64,000 bases of DNA from an uncultured bacterium (GTDB lineage: Bacteria > Patescibacteriota > Dojkabacteria > J137): assembly GCA_963700155.1 (NCBI GenBank), contig OY969472.1:680690-744689 (forward strand), read 5' to 3'. The notes under the pieces were generated by a model. That model made no database searches. It saw nothing but the letters and a program-made list of their open reading frames with translations, and was not told the DNA's origin. The position numbers and the translations under genes were made by a program. Position 1 is the first letter of the stretch; each line of letters opens with the position of its first letter. Positions 26,804-35,798 of this stretch are shown in pieces.

Positions 26804-29035
26804 ATGAATTTAGTTGTTGTGGAGTCGCCTTCAAAGGCAAAAACAATCAATAAATATTTAGGGAAAGGCTTTATTGTTAAAGCTTCGAAAGGACATGTGA
26901 TCGATCTTCCTAAGTCAAAGATAGGAATAGATATAGAGCATAATTTTGAGCCACAGTATGAAGTTACTAATAAAGACTCTTTAAATGAGCTTAAGAGGCT
27001 CTTTAAAGGTGCAAGTAAGTTAATTCTTGCGGTAGACTTGGATCGAGAGGGAGAAGCCATTGGATGGCATATTGCGCGAGAATTGAAGGTTATAGATAAA
27101 AATGGAAAGCATAAAGGATCAAAGCCGGTAGAAAGAATAGTTTTTCACGAGATTAGTAAGGATGCAATTCAAGAAGCTTTGAAGAATCCCAGAGGGATAG
27201 ATTTGAACTTAGTTAATTCACAACAGGCAAGAAGGTTATTAGATAGACTTGTTGGATATAAACTTTCACCTTTATTATGGAAGAAAATTTCTTTTGGCCT
27301 TTCAGCAGGAAGAGTACAATCTGTTGCTTTAAGATTAGTTGTTGAAAGAGAAGAAGAAAGAGAAAAGTTTAAAAGCGAAGAGTATTGGACAGTTGAGTCT
27401 TTAGTTAAATTAAAGAAAGATAACAAAAAGGTAAAATTAAATTATATCGATGAAACTTTTGATAAAGAAGAGTTGAAGAAAGTTGATTTAAAAGATTTAA
27501 TCAAATTCGAACTTTCTAAAGTTGAGAATAAGAAGCCTGATTTAAAAGATAAAAAAGATGTAGAAAAAATCTTAGAAAATGTAAAAGATCAGGAATGGAT
27601 TATAGATAGTGTAGAAAAGTCCAGATCAAAAAGATATCCAAAACCTCCATTTATTACAAGTACGCTGCAGCAAATGGCTGTTAATTGGTTAGGATTTGGT
27701 GCAAAAAGAACTATGAGAGCGGCTCAAAAGCTATATGAGGCTGGATTAATAACCTATATGAGAACGGATTCTGTCATAATGTCAAATGCTGCTGTAAATC
27801 AAGGAAGAAAGTTTGTAGAGAACAATTTTGGGAAGGAATATATACCTCAGAATGTTGTTCATTATAAATCGAGTAATAAGTCTGCGCAGGAAGCACATGA
27901 ATCTATTAGGCCAGTTGATTTTACAAAAAACTCAACGGATTTAAAATTAGATGGAGATCAAAAAAGAATTTACGACTTAATATGGAAAAGAGCATTGGCA
28001 TCTTTGATGACTCCAGCAGAGATAGATATTGTTAATGTTATTGTAAAGTTACATAAATATGAATTCAAAGCAGTTGGTAGTAGAACACTTTTCCCGGGGT
28101 ACTTAAAAATTTATCCAGAAAAAGTAAGTGAGAACATTCTACCGGAACTTGAGAAGGGCGGGAAACTTTATCCTGAATCTATTTCAGGTTTCCAACACTT
28201 TACACAACCTCCGGCCAGATATTCAGAAGCTACTTTAATAAAGAAACTTGAAGAGCTGGGAATAGGTAGACCTTCAACTTATGCTTCAATAATCTCTACA
28301 ATTATCGATAGAAAGTATGTCATAAATGAAGCTAAGTACTTAATTCCAACTGATGTAGGAAGAGTAGTTAATAAGCTATTAGTCAAATATTTTGATAATA
28401 TTGTTGATTATGGTTTCACTGCAGAGATGGAAAGAGAGTTAGATGATATAGCTGAAGGAAAATTGGATTGGAAAAAAATGCTTAAAGATTTTTATTTCCC
28501 ATTTGAAAAGGAAGTTATAACCCAAGATAAAAAAATCCCACGATCTGAATTTACTGAACTTGGTAAAAGCGATCAGAAGTGCCCAATCTGTGGGAAAGAG
28601 ATGGTTATAAAATTAGGTAGATATGGAAAGTTCTTGAGTTGTGTAGATTATCCAAAATGTAAAGGTATGCTTTCATTAGATGGAAAGAGCCAGGAAGATT
28701 TAGAATCTGAGAAAGATTCTAAAGAATTCAAAGAGATGTATTTAGAAGCGCCCAAAACGGAAGATGGAAGAGAGTATCTACTAAAAGTAGGCAAATTCGG
28801 AAAGTTTTGGGCGCACCCTGATTATCCAAAAGTTAAGGATGCAAAACCACTAGAAATGAAAAAAGCTGCTTTAATAAAAGTTTATGGTGCTATACCAAAG
28901 ACTAAAGATGGTAAAGATTATGTCCTAAGGCATGGAAAGTTTGGAGAATTCTGGGCACATCCTGATTACCCAAAGGTAAAAGATATTATAAGAATTAAGA
29001 AAAAACCTGTAAAAAAAGAACAGGATGTTACGTAA
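26804..29035 (+). CDS. topA: DNA topoisomerase I with a C-terminal Zn-ribbon and two tandem ~45-aa Lys-rich repeats (GKFGxFWAHPDYPKVKD)
   Basis: Toprim N-terminus (MNLVVVESPSKAKTINKYLG), catalytic Tyr region (GLITYMRTDS), CPICG...C Zn ribbon. Repeats read at aa ~655-700 and ~700-745. Confidence 0.9.
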   Translation: MNLVVVESPSKAKTINKYLGKGFIVKASKGHVIDLPKSKIGIDIEHNFEPQYEVTNKDSLNELKRLFKGASKLILAVDLDREGEAIGWHIARELKVIDKNGKHKGSKPVERIVFHEISKDAIQEALKNPRGIDLNLVNSQQARRLLDRLVGYKLSPLLWKKISFGLSAGRVQSVALRLVVEREEEREKFKSEEYWTVESLVKLKKDNKKVKLNYIDETFDKEELKKVDLKDLIKFELSKVENKKPDLKDKKDVEKILENVKDQEWIIDSVEKSRSKRYPKPPFITSTLQQMAVNWLGFGAKRTMRAAQKLYEAGLITYMRTDSVIMSNAAVNQGRKFVENNFGKEYIPQNVVHYKSSNKSAQEAHESIRPVDFTKNSTDLKLDGDQKRIYDLIWKRALASLMTPAEIDIVNVIVKLHKYEFKAVGSRTLFPGYLKIYPEKVSENILPELEKGGKLYPESISGFQHFTQPPARYSEATLIKKLEELGIGRPSTYASIISTIIDRKYVINEAKYLIPTDVGRVVNKLLVKYFDNIVDYGFTAEMERELDDIAEGKLDWKKMLKDFYFPFEKEVITQDKKIPRSEFTELGKSDQKCPICGKEMVIKLGRYGKFLSCVDYPKCKGMLSLDGKSQEDLESEKDSKEFKEMYLEAPKTEDGREYLLKVGKFGKFWAHPDYPKVKDAKPLEMKKAALIKVYGAIPKTKDGKDYVLRHGKFGEFWAHPDYPKVKDIIRIKKKPVKKEQDVT

Positions 29036-29302
29036 TTTCCTTGTCAAAACTTTTTGACAATATTCCCTCAAATCAGTATTCTTTTTCACTTTATTAAAAT
29101 AAGAATTTAGAATATGGGTAAGTTAGCTAACTTACATTAAATTTATAAAGGTGAATATTTCAAAGTGTACATTTCTGTTATTTCAACTAGAAGGGGATTA
29201 TACCTAAATAATAATATAACATTAGGGTAAAGGAAAATTGATTCACTCAGAAATAAAAATAAAATTGAAAAAATATTAGTTATAAATTACAATAAAATCT
29301 GC

Positions 29303-29308
29303 TATAAT
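29303..29308 (+). promoter_or_regulatory. Candidate -10 hexamer (TATAAT) for rpsB-tsf transcription. The -35 is weak/AT-rich.
   Basis: Perfect TATAAT ~95 nt upstream of the rpsB ATG. No good -35 at 17-bp spacing (common in AT-rich genomes). Low confidence. Confidence 0.3.
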
Positions 29309-29327
29309 TATCTCTAAATTCAGCACT

Positions 29328-29367
29328 CGGGAAATTATCCTTGTCTTGAAAAATCAAGATCTTCCCG
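29328..29367 (+). promoter_or_regulatory. Nested stem-loop in the rpsB 5' leader: outer cgggaa/ttcccg enclosing hairpin tcttga-aaaa-tcaaga. Candidate S2 autoregulatory element.
   Basis: Inverted repeats read directly. Ends ~24 nt upstream of the AGGAG RBS of rpsB. Confidence 0.4.
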
Positions 29368-29401
29368 GGGAAGTATTTTATTTTAATAAAGGAGAAAAAA
29401 T

Positions 29402-30400
29402 ATGGAAGATAAGAAAGAAACTTCAGTTGCAGAAGAAGTAAAAGATACTGCAGAAACTAAAACTAGAGTTAAAGTTTCACTACCCACAATAAAAGATCTT
29501 TTGAAAGCTGGTGTTCAATTTGGACATGAGACAAAAAGATGGAATCCAAAGATGAGAAAATATATCTTTGGTGCAAAAAATAATATTCATATTATCGATG
29601 TTGAACAAACTGAAATAGCTTTAAAAAAAGCAGTTGAATTCCTTCAAGATAGTTCATCAAAAGGTAATGTATTATTTATTGGAACAAAAAATCAAGCCAC
29701 TGATATTGTTAAAAGCGAAGCTATTAGAGCAGGAGCATTCTTTATTGATTCAAGATGGGCAGGAGGTTTATTAACTAATTTCCCAATAGTAAAAAAGAGC
29801 TTAAGTAAATTAAATTCTTTAGAAAAACAACTAGAGGAAGGTGTTGAAGGGAGAACAAAGTATGAGGTTTCAAGAATGAAGAAAGAATGGGAGAGATTAA
29901 GTAGATTATATTCAGGAATTAAAACTTTAACAAATAAACCTGTAGCAGCTGTGATTTTAGATATAAACTTTGAAAAAGCAGCAGTAAAAGAGTGCAGAAA
30001 AGTCCACATTCCTATTGTTGCAATCGTAGATTCAAATGTTGATCCAGATTTGGTAGATTATCCAATTCCTGGGAATGATGATGCAATTAATTCGATTTCA
30101 TTAATAGTAAAAACATTAGCAGATGCAGTTTTAGCTGGGAATGCAGGAAAAGGTGTTAAACATGATCTTAAAGACTATTCTAAAATTGAAGTAAAAATCG
30201 TAAAAAGTGATGAGAATATTGAAGAGGTAGAACCAAGAGAAGTAATTGAGGGAGAAGCTCCAGAAATGTCTCCTGATACAAGTAAAAATACAGAGTCTAA
30301 ACCTGCAAGATCCAGAAAGAAAGTTAAAGGTATTTTAGAAAAAGTTAAAGAAGAAGCTCAGGAAAAAGGTAAAAAACCAAAGAGAGCTTCAAAGAAATAA
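29402..30400 (+). CDS. rpsB: 30S ribosomal protein S2 with a ~90-aa acidic/Lys-rich C-terminal extension
   Basis: S2 core (VQFGHETKRWNPKM; HIIDVEQT). Followed by tsf. Confidence 0.9.
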   Translation: MEDKKETSVAEEVKDTAETKTRVKVSLPTIKDLLKAGVQFGHETKRWNPKMRKYIFGAKNNIHIIDVEQTEIALKKAVEFLQDSSSKGNVLFIGTKNQATDIVKSEAIRAGAFFIDSRWAGGLLTNFPIVKKSLSKLNSLEKQLEEGVEGRTKYEVSRMKKEWERLSRLYSGIKTLTNKPVAAVILDINFEKAAVKECRKVHIPIVAIVDSNVDPDLVDYPIPGNDDAINSISLIVKTLADAVLAGNAGKGVKHDLKDYSKIEVKIVKSDENIEEVEPREVIEGEAPEMSPDTSKNTESKPARSRKKVKGILEKVKEEAQEKGKKPKRASKK

Positions 30401-30420
30401 TATTTATTATTTACTTAAAT

Positions 30421-31029
30421 ATGATAACAATTGATCAAATCAAAGAACTTAGAGCAATGACCGGAGCAGGAGTAAATGCAGTAAGAGAAGCACTTGAGTC
30501 ATCTAACGGTAACGTTGATGATGCTGTCAAGTACTTAAGAGAAAAGGGAATCGCCAAAGGAGAGAAGAGAAAAGATAAAGTTGCTAGCAATGGACTTTTA
30601 GGGACATACATTCACGGGAACAACAGACTTGTTGTTGTTGTTTCAGTAGCTTGTGAGACTGATTTTGCTTCAAATGGAGAAGATATGAAAAAATTTGCGC
30701 AGGATTTGGCATTACATGTTGCAGCTGTTAATCCTAAGTATGTTAGTATTGAGGCAATTGACAAGGATGCATTAGCCACAGAAGTTGAGTTAGCAGAAAA
30801 AGGAATTGAAAATAAACCTGAAGAATTAAGAAGAACTATTGTTGATGGGAAATTACAAAAGTTTTATAAAGAAACGGTTTTATTAAAACAACCTTTATTT
30901 ACTGACGATTCCAAAACAGTTGAGGATTACTTGAATGAGATGGTTGCAAAGATAGGTGAAAAAATTCAGATCACAGGATTTTATAGAATTCAAATTGCTG
31001 GAGAAACAGTAATTTCTTCAATAGAATAA
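30421..31029 (+). CDS. tsf: Elongation factor Ts (short form)
   Basis: N-terminal UBA-like IKELRAMTGAGVNAVREAL. Conserved rpsB-tsf order. Confidence 0.85.
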   Translation: MITIDQIKELRAMTGAGVNAVREALESSNGNVDDAVKYLREKGIAKGEKRKDKVASNGLLGTYIHGNNRLVVVVSVACETDFASNGEDMKKFAQDLALHVAAVNPKYVSIEAIDKDALATEVELAEKGIENKPEELRRTIVDGKLQKFYKETVLLKQPLFTDDSKTVEDYLNEMVAKIGEKIQITGFYRIQIAGETVISSIE

Positions 31030-31037
31030 GTTATTAT

Positions 31038-31076
31038 GAAGTTCGGCTGAATATCTTGAATATTCAGCCGAACTTC
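31038..31076 (+). terminator. Perfect 17-bp hairpin after tsf (gaagttcggctgaatat-cttg-aatattcagccgaacttc). No T tract.
   Basis: Inverted repeat read directly, 9 nt after the tsf stop. Function as a terminator versus an RNA stability/processing element is uncertain. Confidence 0.5.
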
Positions 31077-31126
31077 TATACAATCCTTATAAAGTCCGCT
31101 TCTATTTAATTATTATAAATTTTTCT

Positions 31127-31675
31127 ATGTTGTTTGATGAAGCTTCGTTAAGAAATGATCTGGAGAAAGTTGTAAATTCACTTAAAGAAGATATGAAGGA
31201 CATTAGAACAGGTAGACCTTCAATAGATTTTTTTGATAAGGTCATGGTTGATTACTATGGAACTAAAACTCAGCTTACATATATGGCGCAAATAGCGTTT
31301 GACAGTGCAATGAGCATGACAATAAGAATACATGATAAAAACGCCTCTAATGAGGTTAAAAAAGCTTTAGATGAGGCAAACATAGGTGCTTCAATAAATG
31401 AAGCCGAGAAAGGGATTTTTAAGCTGAATTTTCAGCCATTAACAGAAGAGGACAGGGTGCAGAAAGTAAAAGATTTAGGAAAACTTCTTGAGGAGAAAAA
31501 AATAAGAGCGAGGCAAGTTAGACAAGAATATATGGAAGGTGTTAAAAATCTAGAGAAAGTTTCTGAAGATGATCAAAAGAGAAGTGAAGAAGCTATTCAA
31601 AAAATAATCGATGAATATATTGATAAACTTGATCAGGCATCTTCGGAAAAACAGAGCGAGCTTATGATTATTTAA
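31127..31675 (+). CDS. frr: Ribosome recycling factor
   Basis: RRF-like sequence (e.g. DIRTGRPS). Located in the tsf-(pyrH)-frr position, but pyrH is absent. Confidence 0.8.
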   Translation: MLFDEASLRNDLEKVVNSLKEDMKDIRTGRPSIDFFDKVMVDYYGTKTQLTYMAQIAFDSAMSMTIRIHDKNASNEVKKALDEANIGASINEAEKGIFKLNFQPLTEEDRVQKVKDLGKLLEEKKIRARQVRQEYMEGVKNLEKVSEDDQKRSEEAIQKIIDEYIDKLDQASSEKQSELMII

Positions 31676-31688
31676 TTTCTAATTAATA

Positions 31689-32846
31689 ATGAATCTTCTT
31701 TTAACGATATTTTTCTTAATTGTAATAATTAGTGTTGTTGTTTTTGTTCATGAGCTTGGACATTTTCTTACTGCCAAGTTCTTTAAAATGACAGTAAATG
31801 AATTTTCAATTGGCTTCGGGAAAAAGTTATTCACAAAATATTATAAAGGTACATCATATTCATTTAGGTTAATTCCATTAGGTGGCTTTGTTGAACTTGA
31901 AGGGGAACATAGCTCTCAAGATCCAAATAGTTTTAGAAATAGACCTTTTTATCAAAAAACATTGGTTTTAGTTGCCGGTGTAACGATGAATGTGATTTTG
32001 GCTGTAATATTATTAACAATTTTTTTAGCTACTAATAATTATAATTTTCTTGCTCCTAAAATAATTGATTATAGTTTTAATAATACAATTTCACAGGAAT
32101 CATATTCTCCAATAAGTGTAGCTAGTGTTTTAAAAGGTGGAAGATCTGAAGGAATTTTAAATTCTGGTGAAATAATAGTTGCAATCAATAACAATGCTTT
32201 TACAAGTTTTGATAATTTCTCCGAGTTATTAAAGGAAAACCAAGACAAGGAGGTTACCTTTACTTTGATAAATCCTGATACAAATGATACGTATTCCAAA
32301 AGCTTAAGATTGGGTTCTCAAAATAAGGATGGGGCGATTCTAGATGTTCAGCTTACTCCGACTAATTCACAAATATACCTTATTAAGTATAATAAAAATA
32401 TTACTGCAGGAGTTTCAATGACATATGATGTATTTGTTTATCAGGTTAAGGCGATTGGTTTCCTAATCGGTAATAGTTTTAAAACAGGTGATTATAATGA
32501 GCTTTCACAAACAGTAGGAGGAATACCGCAAGTTACAGATCAGATAGGACTGGCTGTAGAAGCGAATGCGTTTAATTATCTTTTATCTTTAAGCGGTTTG
32601 GTTAGTATATCACTAGCTTTTTTCAATATTCTTCCTTTCCCAGCATTAGATGGAGGACAAATAGTTGTAGCATTTCTTGAAAAAGTAAGAAGGAAAAAGT
32701 TCTCGGATGCGGTATTAAATAGAGTAAACTTGGCTGGATTTGCATTATTAATAATTTTTGCTTTATTAATAAATTTGAAAGATGTTATACAGCTTGGGTG
32801 GGTTGGGGATTTTTTAAATGGAATAAAAAGTGTTTTAGGTAAATGA
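31689..32846 (+). CDS. rseP: RseP-like site-2 protease (M50 zinc metalloprotease with a PDZ domain). Ends with a TGA stop.
   Basis: HELGHF zinc motif in TM1, internal PDZ-like region, C-terminal NILPFPALDGG motif. Confidence 0.8.
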   Translation: MNLLLTIFFLIVIISVVVFVHELGHFLTAKFFKMTVNEFSIGFGKKLFTKYYKGTSYSFRLIPLGGFVELEGEHSSQDPNSFRNRPFYQKTLVLVAGVTMNVILAVILLTIFLATNNYNFLAPKIIDYSFNNTISQESYSPISVASVLKGGRSEGILNSGEIIVAINNNAFTSFDNFSELLKENQDKEVTFTLINPDTNDTYSKSLRLGSQNKDGAILDVQLTPTNSQIYLIKYNKNITAGVSMTYDVFVYQVKAIGFLIGNSFKTGDYNELSQTVGGIPQVTDQIGLAVEANAFNYLLSLSGLVSISLAFFNILPFPALDGGQIVVAFLEKVRRKKFSDAVLNRVNLAGFALLIIFALLINLKDVIQLGWVGDFLNGIKSVLGK

Positions 32847-32910
32847 TTTTTATGCTAAAATTACAACCACTAATTAAATTTAATCATTTCTGAGGAGGTA
32901 ATATTTAAAT

Positions 32911-33117
32911 ATGTCAGTAATCGTTCACGATGATATGCCGATTGACTTAGCTTTAAGACTTTTGTGGAGAGAAGCGACAAGAGAAGGTGTTATAGAAAAG
33001 CTCGAAGAGAAGAGATACTATGTACCAAAAACTGCAAAAGTTCACGATGCCAAAAAGGTTTTCGCAAAAACTAAAAGAAGAAGAAGATCTGCAGCTAGAA
33101 AGAAAAAAGCATCATAA
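32911..33117 (+). CDS. rpsU: 30S ribosomal protein S21
   Basis: Small basic protein with a KTKRRRRSAARKKK tail. Strong RBS (GGAGG). Confidence 0.8.
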   Translation: MSVIVHDDMPIDLALRLLWREATREGVIEKLEEKRYYVPKTAKVHDAKKVFAKTKRRRRSAARKKKAS

Positions 33118-33130
33118 AATAAAATTTAAA

Positions 33131-33165
33131 AGGAGGGTTGGACTTAAGCCCAACCCTCCTTTTTT
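33131..33165 (+). terminator. Rho-independent terminator after rpsU (aggagggttgg-loop-ccaaccctcct + T5)
   Basis: 11-bp perfect stem and T-run read directly. Confidence 0.85.
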
Positions 33166-33251
33166 ATGCTTATTTTTTATCTTAATGTAAAAAATATCTG
33201 TTGTATAATTGTTGAAGTTCATAGTATCTTGTTTCCTATAAATAAATTTAT

Positions 33252-34757
33252 TTGTATCAGATGTCTGAAGTCTTATATAGAAAATATCGCTCAAAAAACT
33301 TTAAAGAAATATTTGGTCAGGAACATATTGTTTCGATTTTGACTGAATCAGTTTTAACTTCAAATGTTTCTCATGGTTATTTATTTTGTGGACCTAGGGG
33401 TACAGGAAAGACTTCATTAGCAAGACTTTTAGCTAAAGCAGTAAACTGTGAGAAATTTGGTGAATTGAAAGATGTTTGTAATGAATGTACTTACTGCAAT
33501 ATGATAAATAATGGAGAAACAATGGATATTATAGAGATGGATGCTGCATCTAACAGGGGAATAGAAGAAATCAGAAGCATGAGGGACACTGTAAATTATA
33601 TGCCTACCTCTTTAAAAAAGAAGGTTTATATTATTGATGAAGCCCATATGCTTACAAAAGAAGCTTTTAATGCATTATTAAAAACTTTAGAAGAACCTCC
33701 TGAGCATGTAATTTTTATTTTAGCAACGACTGAGCCACACAAATTACCAATCACTGTACTTTCAAGAGTCCAAAGATATGATTTAAATCTTGCATCTGAA
33801 AAAGACTTAACTGAGAAGATAAAGTCAATTATTTCGCAGGAGAACAGAGAGATTGATAATAAATCATTAGAAATAATTTATAATAAATCAGGTGGGAGTT
33901 TTAGAGACGCAGAGAGTATTCTAGGTAAGGTTTTATCTTCAACTTCAAACAAAAAAATAACTGAGAAAGATCTTTATAATTCATTAGGTATATTGGAAGA
34001 GAATTTAGTAGATGGGTTTATCAAGGTTCTAAAGGATAAAGATGTCGATAATGCAATACTAAAACTTAGAGAACTATTCTCAAAAACCGGTTCTGTTAAT
34101 AATATTATTGATCAGTCACTTGAGCAACTTAGAATGAAGATGCTAAAAAAAGATAAGGTTGACAGAGATATCTTTAACTTAGCTAACTTTTTTATTAACT
34201 TGAAAAGAGACCTTAAAGAATTTAACGATAAAATGACTTTAATGGAAGTTGAGCTTATTAATTTTTGTTCTTCAAATTTAAACCAATCTCCTAAAGTTCA
34301 ATTGAGTACTCAGAAAGATATAGCAGAAGATAAAAAAAAAGCACAAAATAGCTCGGTTATAAAGGCAGAAGGAGGAGATATTGAAAATTTTATTAATTAT
34401 ATTTCAACAAATTCTAAAGAAACTTTTCCTAGATTAAATTCACTTTTAGAAAGTTGTAAGATATCTGTTAAAGACAATGTTTTGTTTATACAGAATCATC
34501 ATAAGATAAATTTAATATATTTGGAAAGAACTGACGTAAAAGATTATTTAACACAAGCTTCTACTAAATTTTTTAAGGCCGATGTGATAAAATTTTCAGT
34601 TAGGAAAGAGTCTAAAAAAGATAAAGAGGCCAAGGTGGATAATCTGAAAGAAGAAAATATTGAAATGAAAGCTGAGGAAATTGTAAATAAAGAGCCTGAA
34701 AAGAAAGTAAAAAAGGAACAATTAGATAACAGTAGCCTTGTTGAGGATATTTTATAA
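33252..34757 (+). CDS. dnaX: DNA polymerase III gamma/tau subunit (short, gamma-like; no tau C-terminal domains)
   Basis: Walker A GPRGTGKTSLARLLAKAVNC, Zn module CEKFGELKDVCNECTYC, SRC/sensor motifs. Confidence 0.85.
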   Translation: MYQMSEVLYRKYRSKNFKEIFGQEHIVSILTESVLTSNVSHGYLFCGPRGTGKTSLARLLAKAVNCEKFGELKDVCNECTYCNMINNGETMDIIEMDAASNRGIEEIRSMRDTVNYMPTSLKKKVYIIDEAHMLTKEAFNALLKTLEEPPEHVIFILATTEPHKLPITVLSRVQRYDLNLASEKDLTEKIKSIISQENREIDNKSLEIIYNKSGGSFRDAESILGKVLSSTSNKKITEKDLYNSLGILEENLVDGFIKVLKDKDVDNAILKLRELFSKTGSVNNIIDQSLEQLRMKMLKKDKVDRDIFNLANFFINLKRDLKEFNDKMTLMEVELINFCSSNLNQSPKVQLSTQKDIAEDKKKAQNSSVIKAEGGDIENFINYISTNSKETFPRLNSLLESCKISVKDNVLFIQNHHKINLIYLERTDVKDYLTQASTKFFKADVIKFSVRKESKKDKEAKVDNLKEENIEMKAEEIVNKEPEKKVKKEQLDNSSLVEDIL

Positions 34758-34794
34758 AATTATTTATTATTATTTTTGTATGGGAGTTTTTGAT

Positions 34795-35097
34795 ATGGCG
34801 AAAATGGCTTCAAAAGCAATGAAAGCCAGAGGTATGATGAAAAAAATCGAAGCTGCAGGCCAGTCTGGAGTTGTTTCATTAGTTATGAATGGTCTTTATA
34901 GTATTGATGATATGGAAGTAGATACTGATGCGTTGATTGAAAAGGTTGGGAATAAATCAGTTGAAGATGCTATCAAAGAGAGTGCAAATATTATTAAAAG
35001 AGATACGAAAGACGCTGTTGAAGATGCTAAAAAACAGTTAGAAAAAGAAATGGCAAATGCTACAAGTCTCGATGATTTGAAGGATATGTTAGGTTAA
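34795..35097 (+). CDS. ybaB: Nucleoid-associated protein YbaB/EbfC. Start chosen at the internal Met with a GGGAG RBS; the ORF track extends it to 34738.
   Basis: Conserved dnaX-ybaB-recR synteny. YbaB-like coiled-coil sequence. GGGAG 7 nt upstream of the ATG at 34795. Confidence 0.65.
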   Translation: MAKMASKAMKARGMMKKIEAAGQSGVVSLVMNGLYSIDDMEVDTDALIEKVGNKSVEDAIKESANIIKRDTKDAVEDAKKQLEKEMANATSLDDLKDMLG

Positions 35098-35100
35098 TTT

Positions 35101-35703
35101 ATGGCTTTACCAAAAGAGATTCAAAATCTAAGTGATTTGTTTTCAAGACTTCCAAATATAGGGCCTAAACTTTCAAGTCGATTGGCTCTTTTTCTTGCTG
35201 TTCCTGGAAAAGATTTGGCAATGAAATTAAGTCAGTCATTAGATGATATTGTTGTTAAAATTAAAACCTGTTCTAATTGTGGAAATGTTACAACTGAAGA
35301 GGTTTGTGAAATATGCTCAGACAAATTAAGAGATCCTAAAACGATGCTTATTGTTGAAGATCCTTTGGATTTGGTAAATATAGAAGCAACAGGAGAATTT
35401 CAAGGACTTTATCATGTTCTTAATGGAGTTATTTCACCTATAAATGGGATCGGCCCAGATGATTTAAATATAGCTAAGTTAGTTGAACGAATAAAAGATC
35501 TCAATTGTGAAGAAGTAATTTTTGCTCTAAATCCAAATATTGAAGGTGATGCTACAAGTATGTTTATTAAAGAAGAAATTGAGAAAGTAAATCCTTCTAT
35601 TAAGTTTACCAGATTGGCAAAGGGTATTCCAGCTGGGGGAGATATTGAATTTGTTTCAAATCAAACGATTATTGATTCAATGAAGAGTAGAACTTCTTTT
35701 TAA
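35101..35703 (+). CDS. recR: Recombination protein RecR
   Basis: HhH N-terminus, C4 zinc finger (CSNCGNV...CEIC), Toprim domain. Confidence 0.9.
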   Translation: MALPKEIQNLSDLFSRLPNIGPKLSSRLALFLAVPGKDLAMKLSQSLDDIVVKIKTCSNCGNVTTEEVCEICSDKLRDPKTMLIVEDPLDLVNIEATGEFQGLYHVLNGVISPINGIGPDDLNIAKLVERIKDLNCEEVIFALNPNIEGDATSMFIKEEIEKVNPSIKFTRLAKGIPAGGDIEFVSNQTIIDSMKSRTSF

Positions 35704-35798
35704 TTACCAGCTAGTTAATTTATTGATTTTATTGTTTTAATTTACTATTACTTATTGTATAATTCCATGTTAATTTTAGATTATTAAATATTGCAAAT

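Noticed and set aside
26791-27426. Antisense ORFs 26791..27060 and 27169..27426 within topA
   Set aside because: They are embedded in the conserved Toprim/core region of topA. No support.
34738-34794. N-terminal 19 codons of the ybaB ORF as given in the ORF track (MLRIFYKIIYYYFCMGVFD)
   Set aside because: They overlap the end of dnaX, lack an RBS and encode a non-conserved hydrophobic peptide. A GGGAG RBS precedes the Met at 34795 that begins the conserved YbaB sequence.
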